Source of the DNA: Candidatus Micrarchaeota archaeon
GTDB taxonomy: Archaea > Micrarchaeota > Micrarchaeia > Anstonellales > Bilamarchaeaceae
Assembly: GCA_964647855.1 (NCBI GenBank)
Contig: CAZYJW010000002.1
Coordinates: forward strand, 308,399-372,398
Direction of reading: 5' to 3'
DNA: 64,000 nucleotides
Under the pieces are notes generated by a model. The model worked only from the letters and a program-made list of their open reading frames with translations, was not told the DNA's origin and did no database searches. This document shows, piece by piece, positions 37,173 through 46,884 of the stretch (positions are counted from its first letter, which is position 1; every line of letters begins with the position of its first letter). Made by a program: the position numbers and the translations under genes.

Positions 37173-37699
37173 TTCTGCGGGGCCACTGCGGATTCGAGCA
37201 GTTCCCGCGAGTAGTCTACACGGTCAAGTTTTTTCTTCTTATGCTTTATCGCCAGGGCTATAAGCCTTGCCGAAGACCGCGGCGTCCGCTTGGACGTTTC
37301 GAGCTCGAGGGGCGCCTTCCCGTAGACCGCCTGGACGCGCTGCGTGCAATAGTCGAGCATCTCCGCCATGACGTTCTCATCGAGCTTGCGCTTGCCGTAT
37401 CCGCGGGCGCGAAGGCGCCGGCGGAGCATCGAGGGCCTCGTGCGCAGGACCACTATCCAATCCGCCGGAAGCCTGACTTCGCAGGCGAGGTGCCCCTCCG
37501 CTATGAACGATTTCTCTTCCCTGAGGAAGGACAGGGCGCGCGCGAGGCGCCGGATGTCGACCGTGCCGCCCCTCCCCAGGAGGCCCTTCGCCCTGACGAT
37601 TCCCTTGATGTCGATTAGCCGCAGGCCGCTGAGCCGGGCGAGGGCCTTGGAAACCGACGACTTGCCGGTCCCGGGCGAGCCGGTGATTATTATGCGCAT
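37169..37699 (-). CDS. Fap7/AK6-like putative adenylate kinase
   Basis: MRIIITGSPGTGKSSVSKALA P-loop; 176 aa; VVLRTRPSMLRRRLRARGY typical of archaeal Fap7. Confidence 0.8.
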   Translation of the reverse strand: MRIIITGSPGTGKSSVSKALARLSGLRLIDIKGIVRAKGLLGRGGTVDIRRLARALSFLREEKSFIAEGHLACEVRLPADWIVVLRTRPSMLRRRLRARGYGKRKLDENVMAEMLDYCTQRVQAVYGKAPLELETSKRTPRSSARLIALAIKHKKKKLDRVDYSRELLESAVAPQK

Positions 37700-37701
37700 G
37701 G

Positions 37702-38016
37702 TCAGAGCCTCCCCGAAAGCATCCGGAAATATTCACGGGCGGAATCGAGCGTCTCCGAGCCTTTGCGCGTCAGCCGGTAGTATTTCCTGCGCTCCCTGAA
37801 TTTCGAGCTTATCAGCCCCTCGGCCTCGAGCTTGTAGAGCACCATGTACACCATGATGCGGTTCGGCCTGAAGAAGAACTCCCGCTCTATCTCGGATGAC
37901 ACGGAATAGGCGTAGAGTTCGCCCTTGGATTTCATTATTGAAAGGAGGTAGAGCCATAGGTTGCCGTTCGTGAGCAGGTTCTTGAGGCGCTTGATTGGCG
38001 CGGGCGGGCGTTCCAT
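37702..38016 (-). CDS. PadR-family transcriptional regulator
   Basis: LYLLSIMKSKGELYAYSVSSEI...VYMVLYKLEAEGLISS...RKYYRLTRKG. Confidence 0.85.
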   Translation of the reverse strand: MERPPAPIKRLKNLLTNGNLWLYLLSIMKSKGELYAYSVSSEIEREFFFRPNRIMVYMVLYKLEAEGLISSKFRERRKYYRLTRKGSETLDSAREYFRMLSGRL

Positions 38017-38025
38017 TCCACCAGC

Positions 38026-41000
38026 CTATGTGGCGTCGCGGAACTCGTGGTCCGGCGTGAGCGGGGTGTCGGAGCCTCCGGCATAGAGCTCGTCGGGGCG
38101 TTTATCCCGCGGCATCCTTTGCTCGATATGCTCCTTGACCTCTATCAGGTCCTCATGGCGCCTCATGCTGTGCCCGGATGCGGTCGAACGTATGCCGCCC
38201 ATTAGCGCCGCCGTGTCCCCGACGTCGATTGTGACCGCGCGCGGCTGCGCTGTTTCTGGCGCCGCAACCGGGGGTGTCGCGCCGCCTCCGGATGGCGGAG
38301 CCTCCGGCGGGGTTGTGCCGCCGCCTGCGGGCGGGGACGGCGGGCGGTAGCCGCCCGAGCGCTCGACGCTGTCAATCTGGCCGAAGGCGGCCGAATACGA
38401 TTCCGAAGCCTGCTCGAAGCGGCGTGCCGTCGCCGTATCTCCGAGCGCCCTTGCGGACCGCGCGGCGGTGTTGAACTGCTCCACTGCCGTAGCGATCTCC
38501 GCCCTTGCGGTGGAATAGTCCCCCTCGCGAACAAGCCTGTCGATGTTGTCCTGCCGGGCCGTTTCTTGGATGACCCGGATTTCAGCCGGAACTTCGCTTG
38601 CGGGCAATACGACGCCCGGCGCCGGGGAAAGCCCGAATGTGGAGTCCATCTGATGCGTATAGATTCCCGAATCCAGCCCTCTGGAGGCAAGGCCGTATTC
38701 GGTGGCCATGTATTCTGTCCGTGTCGTCGGGTCCCTGCGCACGTACATGTCGTCCGAGAACGCGCGCTCCTCCCGCGCCACGCTGACCATGGACGCCTGG
38801 CCGTAATCGAAGGTTGCGTCCCGGAGCCTTTCGACCGCCGCGACCGCGCCGGGGCTGTTCATGTCAAGCTGCGGACCCGTGGCTGTCTGTATGCTCGGCA
38901 GGGCGGTCGCCTGCTGCATTGCGGAAAGGGAGTGGTATTCGCGCACGGCGTCAGCGACCCCCGGCCCCATGTTATAGGCGCTAAGCGACTCCGGGCGGGT
39001 GAGAAGCAGCTGCGGGATGTTGTCGTCGCGCATGAGGCTTCCCGCGCCCGAGAGCGCGCTGATTCTCGTCAGGTCTGCCCCCTCGAGGCGGGTGCGCAGC
39101 TGCGGGTCCGTTCCAGAAAGGCTTTCGTGGAAGTCCGTGGCTGCGCCGCGTATCTGCGGTGCAAGAGGAGAAATGCCCCTTGAGATTGCATCGATGCTTT
39201 CAGGAGAATAAGGCTGCCCTGTCGCGGGGTCGTTCCTGCCCGCGAGCTGGGCGGCGACGGCCTGCCGCAGGTCGTCCTGGTTCATGGTCATGAGCTCGCG
39301 CACGCTCATGTTCCCGAGCATGCCTGGGAGAACGGCCTGCGCCACCGCCGCGTGCTCCTCCGAAAGGTTAGAGCCTGACGCCAGGGCGCCCACGCCATCG
39401 CGACTGCCAAGCGAGCTGAGGCCGTGGCTGCCTGCGCCGGAATCGGCATCGTGGACCGCGAGGGCGACGGTCTCGTAGCCGCTGCGCTGGTAGTCGCTTC
39501 CGCCAATCGTGGAACTGCCCCTCTCGATGCCGTCGAATAGCTCCGTGTGCCCCGGCGCCCCTGCGCGCATCTCGTCGGTGGGTATGCCGAGCGCGAGGCC
39601 GAGAGCCTCGGCGGCGACATCATATCTGACGGACGTGACGGCAGTCCGCGAGTCCGGGTCCTGGCCGAGCTGCGAGTTTATGCGGTCGGCCTGCTCCTCG
39701 CGCGCCAGCTGTATCTGCTGCTGGGCGTTCTGCATTATCATCGAAAGGCCGGACATCGTCGAGGCGTACTGGTCCACGAGCTGCCCTGCGCCGGGCATGC
39801 CGGGCTGGTATTGCATTGGCAGGCTCGTGAAGGCGCCAAATGCCTGGCTGAACGTTGCCCTGTCGCTCTCATCCATCCGGGCCCATTGGCCCGGGCTGGT
39901 CTGGGTTTCGAATACCGGACTGCCAGGGGTGCCGGTGACCCTGACATCGATCGCCTGGCCATTGATGAACACGTTCATCTGGAGGGATGAAACACGGTCC
40001 TCCCTGTCGAATGTGATTGTGACCTCCCTGTTTGCGAGCATGCCGTTGCGCTCGCCTGCGGGCGTCGTTTCGCCCGCAACGTTGGACTGGGCGATGACTA
40101 TGAATCTCGCCTCTCCGGCTGCATTCCTGATGATGCCGTTCTCATCGCGCGTGTCTCCGGGTTCCATTGGAGGCTGCCTCATCTCGACCAGCGTGCCGTC
40201 GCCGCGGTCCACCATCCAGCCGCTGTGCTCGCCGCGCGCGGCGTTTATCGTGGCGGAGAGCTCCATCGCGGTCCGGCCGTGGTCGGTGAGATGGTTCACC
40301 ATCATCTCCATGCCGCTTTTGCCGCTGCTGGCAAAGATGATGCTGTCGATAGCGCGGCCGAGCGTCGTGCCCAGGGCGACGAATGTCGCCAGGCGAAGGA
40401 GCGTGCCGAAGCCGTAGAGGTTTGATGCCGACCACATGCTCTTGTCGAAGATTGATGTCCCGCCGAGTATGTCCCTGCCGCTGGTTCCCTGCATCGCGCC
40501 GGTCGCTTCAGCGGAAACGCCGCCCGCGCCCATCCTCTGGCTTGCGCCACCCTGGGCCGCCGAAGAACCCCCGGCCGAGCCGCGCTGGCCCTTCTTCGCC
40601 GCAGCCGCGCCGCCGGCCCTCATGTCCGAGCGGCGCTTGAGCGTGTCCCTTATTCCGCCGGTTCCCGAGGCAAGCCCGCCAAGGCCGAATGCCGAGCGGC
40701 CCCATGCCGCCTTGGACTCTTTTTTCGCCCCTTCCGCTGAAAACGTCCCGGCCTTGGCGGACTGGGCGACGCTCGCGACGGCGGATATCACCTGTGTGAA
40801 GTTCATGGAGAAGCCGCGGCCGCGGGCCTGGTAGCGGACGTGCTGGCCTATCCTCATGCTGCCGATGTTGAACCCCATGAACGGGTTCCTACCGGTGAGA
40901 TAGAGAGCGCCGGAAAGGAGCGAGAAGAGCAGTATCAGCGGGAAGCAGATTGCCGGAGTCGCGGAAAGCGGCTCGGGCGGCGGGCACCATGAGGGCCCGG

Positions 41001-41520
41001 TCGCCACGCTCGGCAGGTATTTGTCGTAGTTGAGCTCGGCCGGAAGCACGGCGTCCGAAGCGGTATCGACGCCGTCGGCGTTCGTGGCCTCGGTGTCCAG
41101 ATTGGCGAACTTGACGCACTGCTTGAAGCCCTCGCATTCCACATCGGTCGGGATGCAGTAGGGGCAGTACATCACCTTGAAGTTCAGGCAGGTGGTGTTC
41201 CAGGCGTTGAAGCGGAACGACGCCTTGCCCTCCGCGTCGGTGTAGGTCTTGCGCAGCTCGTTTAGGCCGGTCGGGTTGGAGACCTCGACAAGGACTATAG
41301 TGTCGTGCAGGGGCTGCCGGGGCGGGGACGCGGAGGCGTTCTCGTAGAAGGCGACTATCTCTATGGTCTGGTTCGAGTAGTCGAGGTCGTTTAGCATGAC
41401 GAATATGCCGGTCTGGGGCGCCACGGTGAGCTGTTCGCATGTCGCGCATTCCGGAGGCTCGGCGGAAAGCGAAAGCGGGCAGACGAGCATCAGTGCGAGC
41501 AGTACCGGAAGCGGCCTCAT
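38026..41520 (-). CDS. Large (1164 aa) signal-peptide/TM protein: ~170-aa Cys-containing ectodomain, TM, Gly/Ala/Ser-rich segment, second hydrophobic segment, ~750-aa C-terminal region
   Basis: MRPLPVLLALMLVCPLSLSA signal; TM AICFPLILLFSLLSGALYL; GC3 bias throughout; divergent from paralog operon. Confidence 0.8.
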   Translation of the reverse strand: MRPLPVLLALMLVCPLSLSAEPPECATCEQLTVAPQTGIFVMLNDLDYSNQTIEIVAFYENASASPPRQPLHDTIVLVEVSNPTGLNELRKTYTDAEGKASFRFNAWNTTCLNFKVMYCPYCIPTDVECEGFKQCVKFANLDTEATNADGVDTASDAVLPAELNYDKYLPSVATGPSWCPPPEPLSATPAICFPLILLFSLLSGALYLTGRNPFMGFNIGSMRIGQHVRYQARGRGFSMNFTQVISAVASVAQSAKAGTFSAEGAKKESKAAWGRSAFGLGGLASGTGGIRDTLKRRSDMRAGGAAAAKKGQRGSAGGSSAAQGGASQRMGAGGVSAEATGAMQGTSGRDILGGTSIFDKSMWSASNLYGFGTLLRLATFVALGTTLGRAIDSIIFASSGKSGMEMMVNHLTDHGRTAMELSATINAARGEHSGWMVDRGDGTLVEMRQPPMEPGDTRDENGIIRNAAGEARFIVIAQSNVAGETTPAGERNGMLANREVTITFDREDRVSSLQMNVFINGQAIDVRVTGTPGSPVFETQTSPGQWARMDESDRATFSQAFGAFTSLPMQYQPGMPGAGQLVDQYASTMSGLSMIMQNAQQQIQLAREEQADRINSQLGQDPDSRTAVTSVRYDVAAEALGLALGIPTDEMRAGAPGHTELFDGIERGSSTIGGSDYQRSGYETVALAVHDADSGAGSHGLSSLGSRDGVGALASGSNLSEEHAAVAQAVLPGMLGNMSVRELMTMNQDDLRQAVAAQLAGRNDPATGQPYSPESIDAISRGISPLAPQIRGAATDFHESLSGTDPQLRTRLEGADLTRISALSGAGSLMRDDNIPQLLLTRPESLSAYNMGPGVADAVREYHSLSAMQQATALPSIQTATGPQLDMNSPGAVAAVERLRDATFDYGQASMVSVAREERAFSDDMYVRRDPTTRTEYMATEYGLASRGLDSGIYTHQMDSTFGLSPAPGVVLPASEVPAEIRVIQETARQDNIDRLVREGDYSTARAEIATAVEQFNTAARSARALGDTATARRFEQASESYSAAFGQIDSVERSGGYRPPSPPAGGGTTPPEAPPSGGGATPPVAAPETAQPRAVTIDVGDTAALMGGIRSTASGHSMRRHEDLIEVKEHIEQRMPRDKRPDELYAGGSDTPLTPDHEFRDAT

Positions 41521-41538
41521 GCTAGTAGTATCTTTGGC

Positions 41539-41552
41539 AAATTTATAAATTT
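41539..41552 (-). promoter_or_regulatory. TATA-like box (AAATTTATAAATTT) about 26 nt upstream of ATG 41520 (minus strand)
   Basis: Only AT-rich element on that side of the 102-nt divergent intergenic region. Confidence 0.5.
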
Positions 41553-41592
41553 ACCCATGAAGGGCGGATGCCGGTGTGCGGAACTCCATAAC

Positions 41593-41604
41593 CATTTAAA
41601 TTAG
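41593..41604 (+). promoter_or_regulatory. TATA-like box (CATTTAAATTAG) about 25 nt upstream of ATG 41623
   Basis: Spacing implies a leaderless transcript for the paralog operon. Confidence 0.5.
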
Positions 41605-41622
41605 TAAGCAGGAATTCCCTGC

Positions 41623-42798
41623 ATGCAGGCTTGGCGGGCAGCGCTTACTATAATATTCCTACTCGGAGCCGCGTCTGCCGCCTCGACCGACCTCACCCCG
41701 CTTGTGCCCGCAGTGGCGGTCGTGGTCATGGTGATGCTCGCGATAACCAACATGCTCGCGGTGTCGCTTTCGAATCCGGGCGTCGAGGCGTGGGCGAAGT
41801 CCGAAATCCGGGAGTTCGTGGCTGGCGTAGTGCTGATCGCGCTCGTCATCGGCATGTTCATTGCCTCGGACGGCGTTTCCTTCGCCCTCACTGGCGAGGC
41901 GGACTATGTCGCCAAGTCGCAGGATGTGATAAACGGCTGGGTGGGCAGGCTGATAGCGACATACAAGGACGTAATAGAGGCGGCGCAGAAGATACGCGTG
42001 GCCGCCTCGTACGCCTCCGGCACGAACATCGCGATATGGTTCTTCTCCCTGAGCTACCAGACGTCGCCCCTTTCGGGCGCCGCGCTTTTCCTCGTCCCCC
42101 TGAGCCTCGCCACCCAGGGGCTCACGAACGCCATCTACCTCTGCGAAAGCGTCAAGATGCTGGTCGCCTTCTTCAAGGTGGTGACACCGAAGGTGCTGCT
42201 TCCCATATCGTTCTCAATGCGGCTGATACCCTTCACCAGGAAGACGGGGAACACCCTGATAGCCATATCGCTCGCGACAATCGTCTTCCTGCCGGCCTCG
42301 GTGATTTTCGCCGACTACCTGAACAACGAGATACAGCTTCCGGATGCGCGCATCGACGACCTCGGCGCGCTCGATTCCGACCCCTATCCCATCTACGCCT
42401 TCGGCGCAATCTGCGAGTCCAAGTTCTTCCGCATCCTGTTCTCCATGACCGACCCGCTGTTCGCGCTCATCGTCTGCCTTCCGATAGCATGGATTCCGGG
42501 CGCCTTCCCGGCATGCTTCGACCTGGTCTGGCACGTCGTCTATCCCATAATGAGCATGGTGTTCCAGATAGTCAACGCCATCCTGATGATAACGTGGGAG
42601 GCCGCGGTGAATCCCACATCCTACGGCGAGGACGTCTTCGGCCAGCTCCGGCCCTTCCTCGCGGAGCTGAGCAACCTCGTCATGGTTATTTACCTTGACA
42701 TCGTCTTCATAACGCTGATAACAATCTCCGGCGCGCGGAGCATCTCCGCGGTGATAGGCGGGGACTGGTACATGGCGGGAGTGCAGAGGTTGATATGA
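41623..42798 (+). CDS. Paralog family membrane protein P1 (391 aa)
   Basis: Signal peptide; motifs VEAWAKSEIREF, LLPISFSMRLIPFTRKTGN, C-terminal SAVIGGDWYMAGVQRLI; ATGA overlap with P2. Confidence 0.85.
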   Translation: MQAWRAALTIIFLLGAASAASTDLTPLVPAVAVVVMVMLAITNMLAVSLSNPGVEAWAKSEIREFVAGVVLIALVIGMFIASDGVSFALTGEADYVAKSQDVINGWVGRLIATYKDVIEAAQKIRVAASYASGTNIAIWFFSLSYQTSPLSGAALFLVPLSLATQGLTNAIYLCESVKMLVAFFKVVTPKVLLPISFSMRLIPFTRKTGNTLIAISLATIVFLPASVIFADYLNNEIQLPDARIDDLGALDSDPYPIYAFGAICESKFFRILFSMTDPLFALIVCLPIAWIPGAFPACFDLVWHVVYPIMSMVFQIVNAILMITWEAAVNPTSYGEDVFGQLRPFLAELSNLVMVIYLDIVFITLITISGARSISAVIGGDWYMAGVQRLI

Positions 42799-43775
42799 TG
42801 AGGACGCTCCCCCTCCTTCTGCTTGCTCTCGCGGGCCTCTCCTCCGCAGCCTGCGTCTCGGACGCAACGGCCGTGATAATGTCCGAGCAGGGCATCTTCA
42901 TCGGCGTGGTCATCTCGGTCATGATAGTGGTGATAGCCTTCGCCTACATGTTCGGGACCGCCATGCATTACCCGAACTTCATAGTGTTCGCGAAGGACGA
43001 GGCCTACCACCTCGCGTTCTCTGCCCTCATCCTGGTCTCATTCAGCGGCATCATGGTCTTCTCGTGCCAGATGACCCAGCTCTTCTTCGACGAGACCTTC
43101 AAGAACCTCGGGACAAGCAAGTGCTATTCTGACGGGAAGCTGCCGACCGAGGTCGCGGAATGCTACGTGAACGATGCGAAGAACGACGCCCGCTCGCTCT
43201 CCGAAAGATACATCCAGAAATACATAGACAACATGATGGACTCCACATGGTCCGTCAGCCTGGCGATTCCGCTCTTCACCGCATACACCGCCACGGCGGG
43301 AGCCTACAAGCGCGTGGTGGCCAGCCAGTACAACATGATTTTTTCCACGTTCCTAGTGCCGGCGCTGATGAGCATCAGCATGCAGAAGTTCATGCTCGTC
43401 TTCATCAATGAGAACGTCATACGCTGGATACTCCCCACAGCGCTGCTGCTGCGCTTCTTCCCCCTCACAAGGCACATGGGCAACATATTCATCGCCGTGG
43501 CCATCGCGCTCTACGTGCTCGTCCCGATGCTCTATGCGTTCAACCTTGCCATGTACGACGTCACGTTCAATGACTGCAGCGCATCGGCAGTGGCCGCATG
43601 CGATTTCGTGATTGACGGCGGCTGCAGCCCGCCCCAGAACACCTGCGGCAATCCGGACAGCCTCTGGAACGTGGCGAGGCTCCTGCCGCAGGCGTTCTTC
43701 CTGCCGAACCTTACGATAGCTCTCGTGATAACGTTCCTCGGCTCCATACACAAGGCGTTGAGGGTGATCGGATGA
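42795..43775 (+). CDS. Paralog family membrane protein P2 (326 aa)
   Basis: Signal peptide; FIVFAKDEAYHLA, ILPTALLLRFFPLTRHMGN; ATGA overlap with P3. Confidence 0.85.
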   Translation: MMRTLPLLLLALAGLSSAACVSDATAVIMSEQGIFIGVVISVMIVVIAFAYMFGTAMHYPNFIVFAKDEAYHLAFSALILVSFSGIMVFSCQMTQLFFDETFKNLGTSKCYSDGKLPTEVAECYVNDAKNDARSLSERYIQKYIDNMMDSTWSVSLAIPLFTAYTATAGAYKRVVASQYNMIFSTFLVPALMSISMQKFMLVFINENVIRWILPTALLLRFFPLTRHMGNIFIAVAIALYVLVPMLYAFNLAMYDVTFNDCSASAVAACDFVIDGGCSPPQNTCGNPDSLWNVARLLPQAFFLPNLTIALVITFLGSIHKALRVIG

Positions 43776-45901
43776 ATAAGGCCCTGCTGTTCATTTTCCT
43801 GCTGTGCGGCGCGTTCGCCTACGCCGCCGAGGCGACCGAATCCGAGGAAAGCTTCCAGGAGACCACCTCGGGCTCGAGCGAGGAGCTCTTCCAGGACTGG
43901 CGCCCGCTCTCAATAGCGGCGATAATGACCTCCATCCTGCTGATAGGCATCGCCTACGCAGTCGGCCAGGGGATAGGGATGCCCGAGGTGAAGGCATGGG
44001 CCTCAAACGAGCTCGTGCAGGCCTTCGCGAACGTGGTGATAATAATCTGCCTCATGGCCGCGATAGCCCTCCTGGACGTGCTCGCGGAGGAGATGGTGCA
44101 CGGCAGCGGCCTTGCGATACCCTGCACGGGCGGCCAGAGCTGCCTCGGCGCGGTCGGAGTCCAGTACCTGCAGTCCTACATCGACGCGGCGAGCGACGAC
44201 GCGAAGAGCGTCGCCATAAAGAGCATAGAGGCCGGAGGCTGGGCCGGACGCAGGTTCGGCATCTACTGCACGACCATACTCTGCCTCCAGATAGGCACCA
44301 CCTTCAGCGTGACCGGCTCCTACATTCTAGACCAGGACAGATATTCGCTGATATTCGAGTATTACACCAACCTCCTCGCCTCGCTCGAGGCGCAGAAGTT
44401 CTTCCTCACGAACATCGCGTTCAACATCGGCCCCCTGATGCTCGCGGCGGGCATAGTCGCGCGGTCGTTCTTCTTCACACGCAAGCTCGGCGGCCTCATG
44501 ATAGCGCTCGCGGCGGGCATAATGTTCTTCCTGCCCGGCATGTACGTCTTCAACTGGATAACGCTCGACACCGCCCTCACGGGCGACAAGAACAACGAGG
44601 ACGCAGGCGGCGACCTCTGCCCGCCCGAGTGCGAGACGCCCCACGCCCTTGCGGTCGTGGATGACGGCACGCAGGAGGGCGTCAAGCTCGGCTCCATAAA
44701 GAACGTGTATGACGCCTTCCCCGACTCGGAGGTCCTTATCGCGCAGGGGATAATCGACGGCACAATACCATTCGCATCCCCGGGCGAAGGCGATTATGAG
44801 GACAAGGTCATAACCTCCTGCATGGTCGTTAGCGACGAGGAATGCCCGATGGCGTGCAGGGAACTGCCATACCCCTCGAGCCTCATGCAGTGCATGAACA
44901 TGAGCGCTGACGTGCCGCAGAACTGCGCCAAGCTCCCCGACAAGTGCTGGGTCAGGAGGTTCGCGACCCCGGTGTCGGAGGACAGCATCGAATACGAGCC
45001 GTCGCTCTCAAGCTGCCCGACCGAATGCAAGGTTGTCCCGCCGCTCAAGGGCGACTGCGACACCGGCGACTGCCTGACATCGCGCACCGAGTGCAGGCTC
45101 TACAAGAGGGTGGCGAGCACAGGCGACCCGGACGAGGACTTCGAGTGGTCTCCGAACCCCCCTGACGCCGGGGACGATTCCCAGGCGCGGTGCGAGGATG
45201 CGCAGGACTGCGAGCCGGACTACGACGCCCTCCAGTCGTGCGCATACGTGATTCCGGACACGGGTTCCTGCTCCGAGAAATGCGCCGGATGCCCGGAGTT
45301 CTGCAGGGTGATTACCGAAAACGAGGACAAGCTCTCAAACCAGTGTTTCGATGGGAACGGCTCCGGCAGCCTGCTGTATACATGCAGCCAGTGCCCGGTC
45401 GGGTGCAAAGTCAACGCCACGCACATCGAGGAGGTTGTGGCGGGCATGACCGCCCCGGAGGGCGAGACGCTCCCATGCGACGGATGCGATGCGGAGAAGC
45501 GCATAGTGACATACGGGGAGACCATGCCGGTCGAATATATCTCGGGCTCATGCGACATAAGCACCTGCCCGGTGGAGGACAGGGTCGCGATACCCAGGAA
45601 CTCGTGCGAGCAGTGCCTCTTCAGCGAGGAGTCCGAGATGTACGACCCGCCGATACAGGCCGGATGCGCGGACCTCTGCAAGCCCTCCGACGAGGTGCCC
45701 ATGAAGGGGGCGGACGCCTATACCGGCGTGGGCGGCGAGGGCCTGGTGGGGACCCCGGAGATACAGAACGTTTCCAAGCTGATGCTTCCGGCGTATGTGC
45801 TGCCGCTCTTCGACATAGTTGCGACACTGATATTCATAAAGGGAGTATCGACGATGCTGGGCGGGGACATAGATATCCCGGGAATTTCCAAGGTGTTCTG
45901 A
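43772..45901 (+). CDS. Paralog family membrane protein P3 (709 aa) with ~385-aa Cys-rich ectodomain insertion
   Basis: Signal peptide; VKAWASNELVQAF, IVARSFFFTRKLGG, C-terminal STMLGGDIDIPGISKVF; insertion with 32 Cys (hand count); TGATG overlap with P4. Confidence 0.85.
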   Translation: MNKALLFIFLLCGAFAYAAEATESEESFQETTSGSSEELFQDWRPLSIAAIMTSILLIGIAYAVGQGIGMPEVKAWASNELVQAFANVVIIICLMAAIALLDVLAEEMVHGSGLAIPCTGGQSCLGAVGVQYLQSYIDAASDDAKSVAIKSIEAGGWAGRRFGIYCTTILCLQIGTTFSVTGSYILDQDRYSLIFEYYTNLLASLEAQKFFLTNIAFNIGPLMLAAGIVARSFFFTRKLGGLMIALAAGIMFFLPGMYVFNWITLDTALTGDKNNEDAGGDLCPPECETPHALAVVDDGTQEGVKLGSIKNVYDAFPDSEVLIAQGIIDGTIPFASPGEGDYEDKVITSCMVVSDEECPMACRELPYPSSLMQCMNMSADVPQNCAKLPDKCWVRRFATPVSEDSIEYEPSLSSCPTECKVVPPLKGDCDTGDCLTSRTECRLYKRVASTGDPDEDFEWSPNPPDAGDDSQARCEDAQDCEPDYDALQSCAYVIPDTGSCSEKCAGCPEFCRVITENEDKLSNQCFDGNGSGSLLYTCSQCPVGCKVNATHIEEVVAGMTAPEGETLPCDGCDAEKRIVTYGETMPVEYISGSCDISTCPVEDRVAIPRNSCEQCLFSEESEMYDPPIQAGCADLCKPSDEVPMKGADAYTGVGGEGLVGTPEIQNVSKLMLPAYVLPLFDIVATLIFIKGVSTMLGGDIDIPGISKVF

Positions 45902-46884
45902 TGAAGCCGATTGCCGCCCTCATGCTGATTGCGCTTGCCCCTGCGGCCTTCGCCGCAAGCGGCTGGGAAGGCACCGCGGCGGCCGCGATTATGATATCGG
46001 CGGGCCTGATAGGCGTCCTCTACATGGTAGGGATGGGCTTCGGAGTCAACGAGTTGCAGATTATCGCGAAGGAGGAGTATTATCAGCTTTTCGCGACCGC
46101 CATACTGATAGCCCTGCTCTTCGGCGGGAACAGCCTGATGGACGGCCTCTCGAACGCCTTCGCGGACGGCGGCAGCGCCAACCTGCAGGCGCACGGCATG
46201 GCGATAATCGACGAGACGCTAAGCGGCGGCCCCGACAGCATGACTTCGATATACGACAAGGTAGCCGACCTCGACACGCAGGTGGCGAGCGAGGGCTCGA
46301 AGACGCTCTCATGCAGCATCGTGCAGATAGGCTACACGGTTAGCGCGTGCGGCGGATACTCCATGGTGAACACGCCGCTTTCCATGGCGGGCGGGATTGT
46401 CGGGTTCGCCATCGGAGAGCTGCATTCGATGAAGAGGCTGCTCGCGATTTCGACCGGGTATGCCATGAACCTCCTGCTCCCGATGGGGATACTCCTGCGG
46501 ACCTTCAAGCTCACGAGGGGAGCGGGCGGCTTCCTGATGGCGACCGCGGTCTCGATGCACATCCTGCTCCCGGCGGGCATGGTGTTCAACGACATGCTCG
46601 CGGACACTTTCCTTGCGGATGCCGGCGCCGCGGCATATACCGGCGGCATAGGCTCGATCGTGCCGGAATGCGACCCGGACGCCGTGGTGTTCGACAGCGA
46701 GAGCGGGGCGACCGAGCTCCTCGACAGCCTGCTCGGCGACCTCCGGAAGGTGGTGTTCGGCGTGCTGATACGCGGGACCCTCGGGCCGGTGCTTTCGCTG
46801 CTCATGATGATTGCCGGAATACGCGCGCTAAGCTCGCTCGGAGGCGCCGAGGTCGACGTTAGCGCGCTCGGGAGGTTCGTCTGA
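45901..46884 (+). CDS. Paralog family membrane protein P4 (327 aa)
   Basis: Start trimmed from ORF-track 45190 (upstream part is Arg/Gly-rich off-frame overlap of P3); LQIIAKEEYYQLF, LLPMGILLRTFKLTRGAGG, SSLGGAEVDVSALGRFV. Confidence 0.85.
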   Translation: MKPIAALMLIALAPAAFAASGWEGTAAAAIMISAGLIGVLYMVGMGFGVNELQIIAKEEYYQLFATAILIALLFGGNSLMDGLSNAFADGGSANLQAHGMAIIDETLSGGPDSMTSIYDKVADLDTQVASEGSKTLSCSIVQIGYTVSACGGYSMVNTPLSMAGGIVGFAIGELHSMKRLLAISTGYAMNLLLPMGILLRTFKLTRGAGGFLMATAVSMHILLPAGMVFNDMLADTFLADAGAAAYTGGIGSIVPECDPDAVVFDSESGATELLDSLLGDLRKVVFGVLIRGTLGPVLSLLMMIAGIRALSSLGGAEVDVSALGRFV

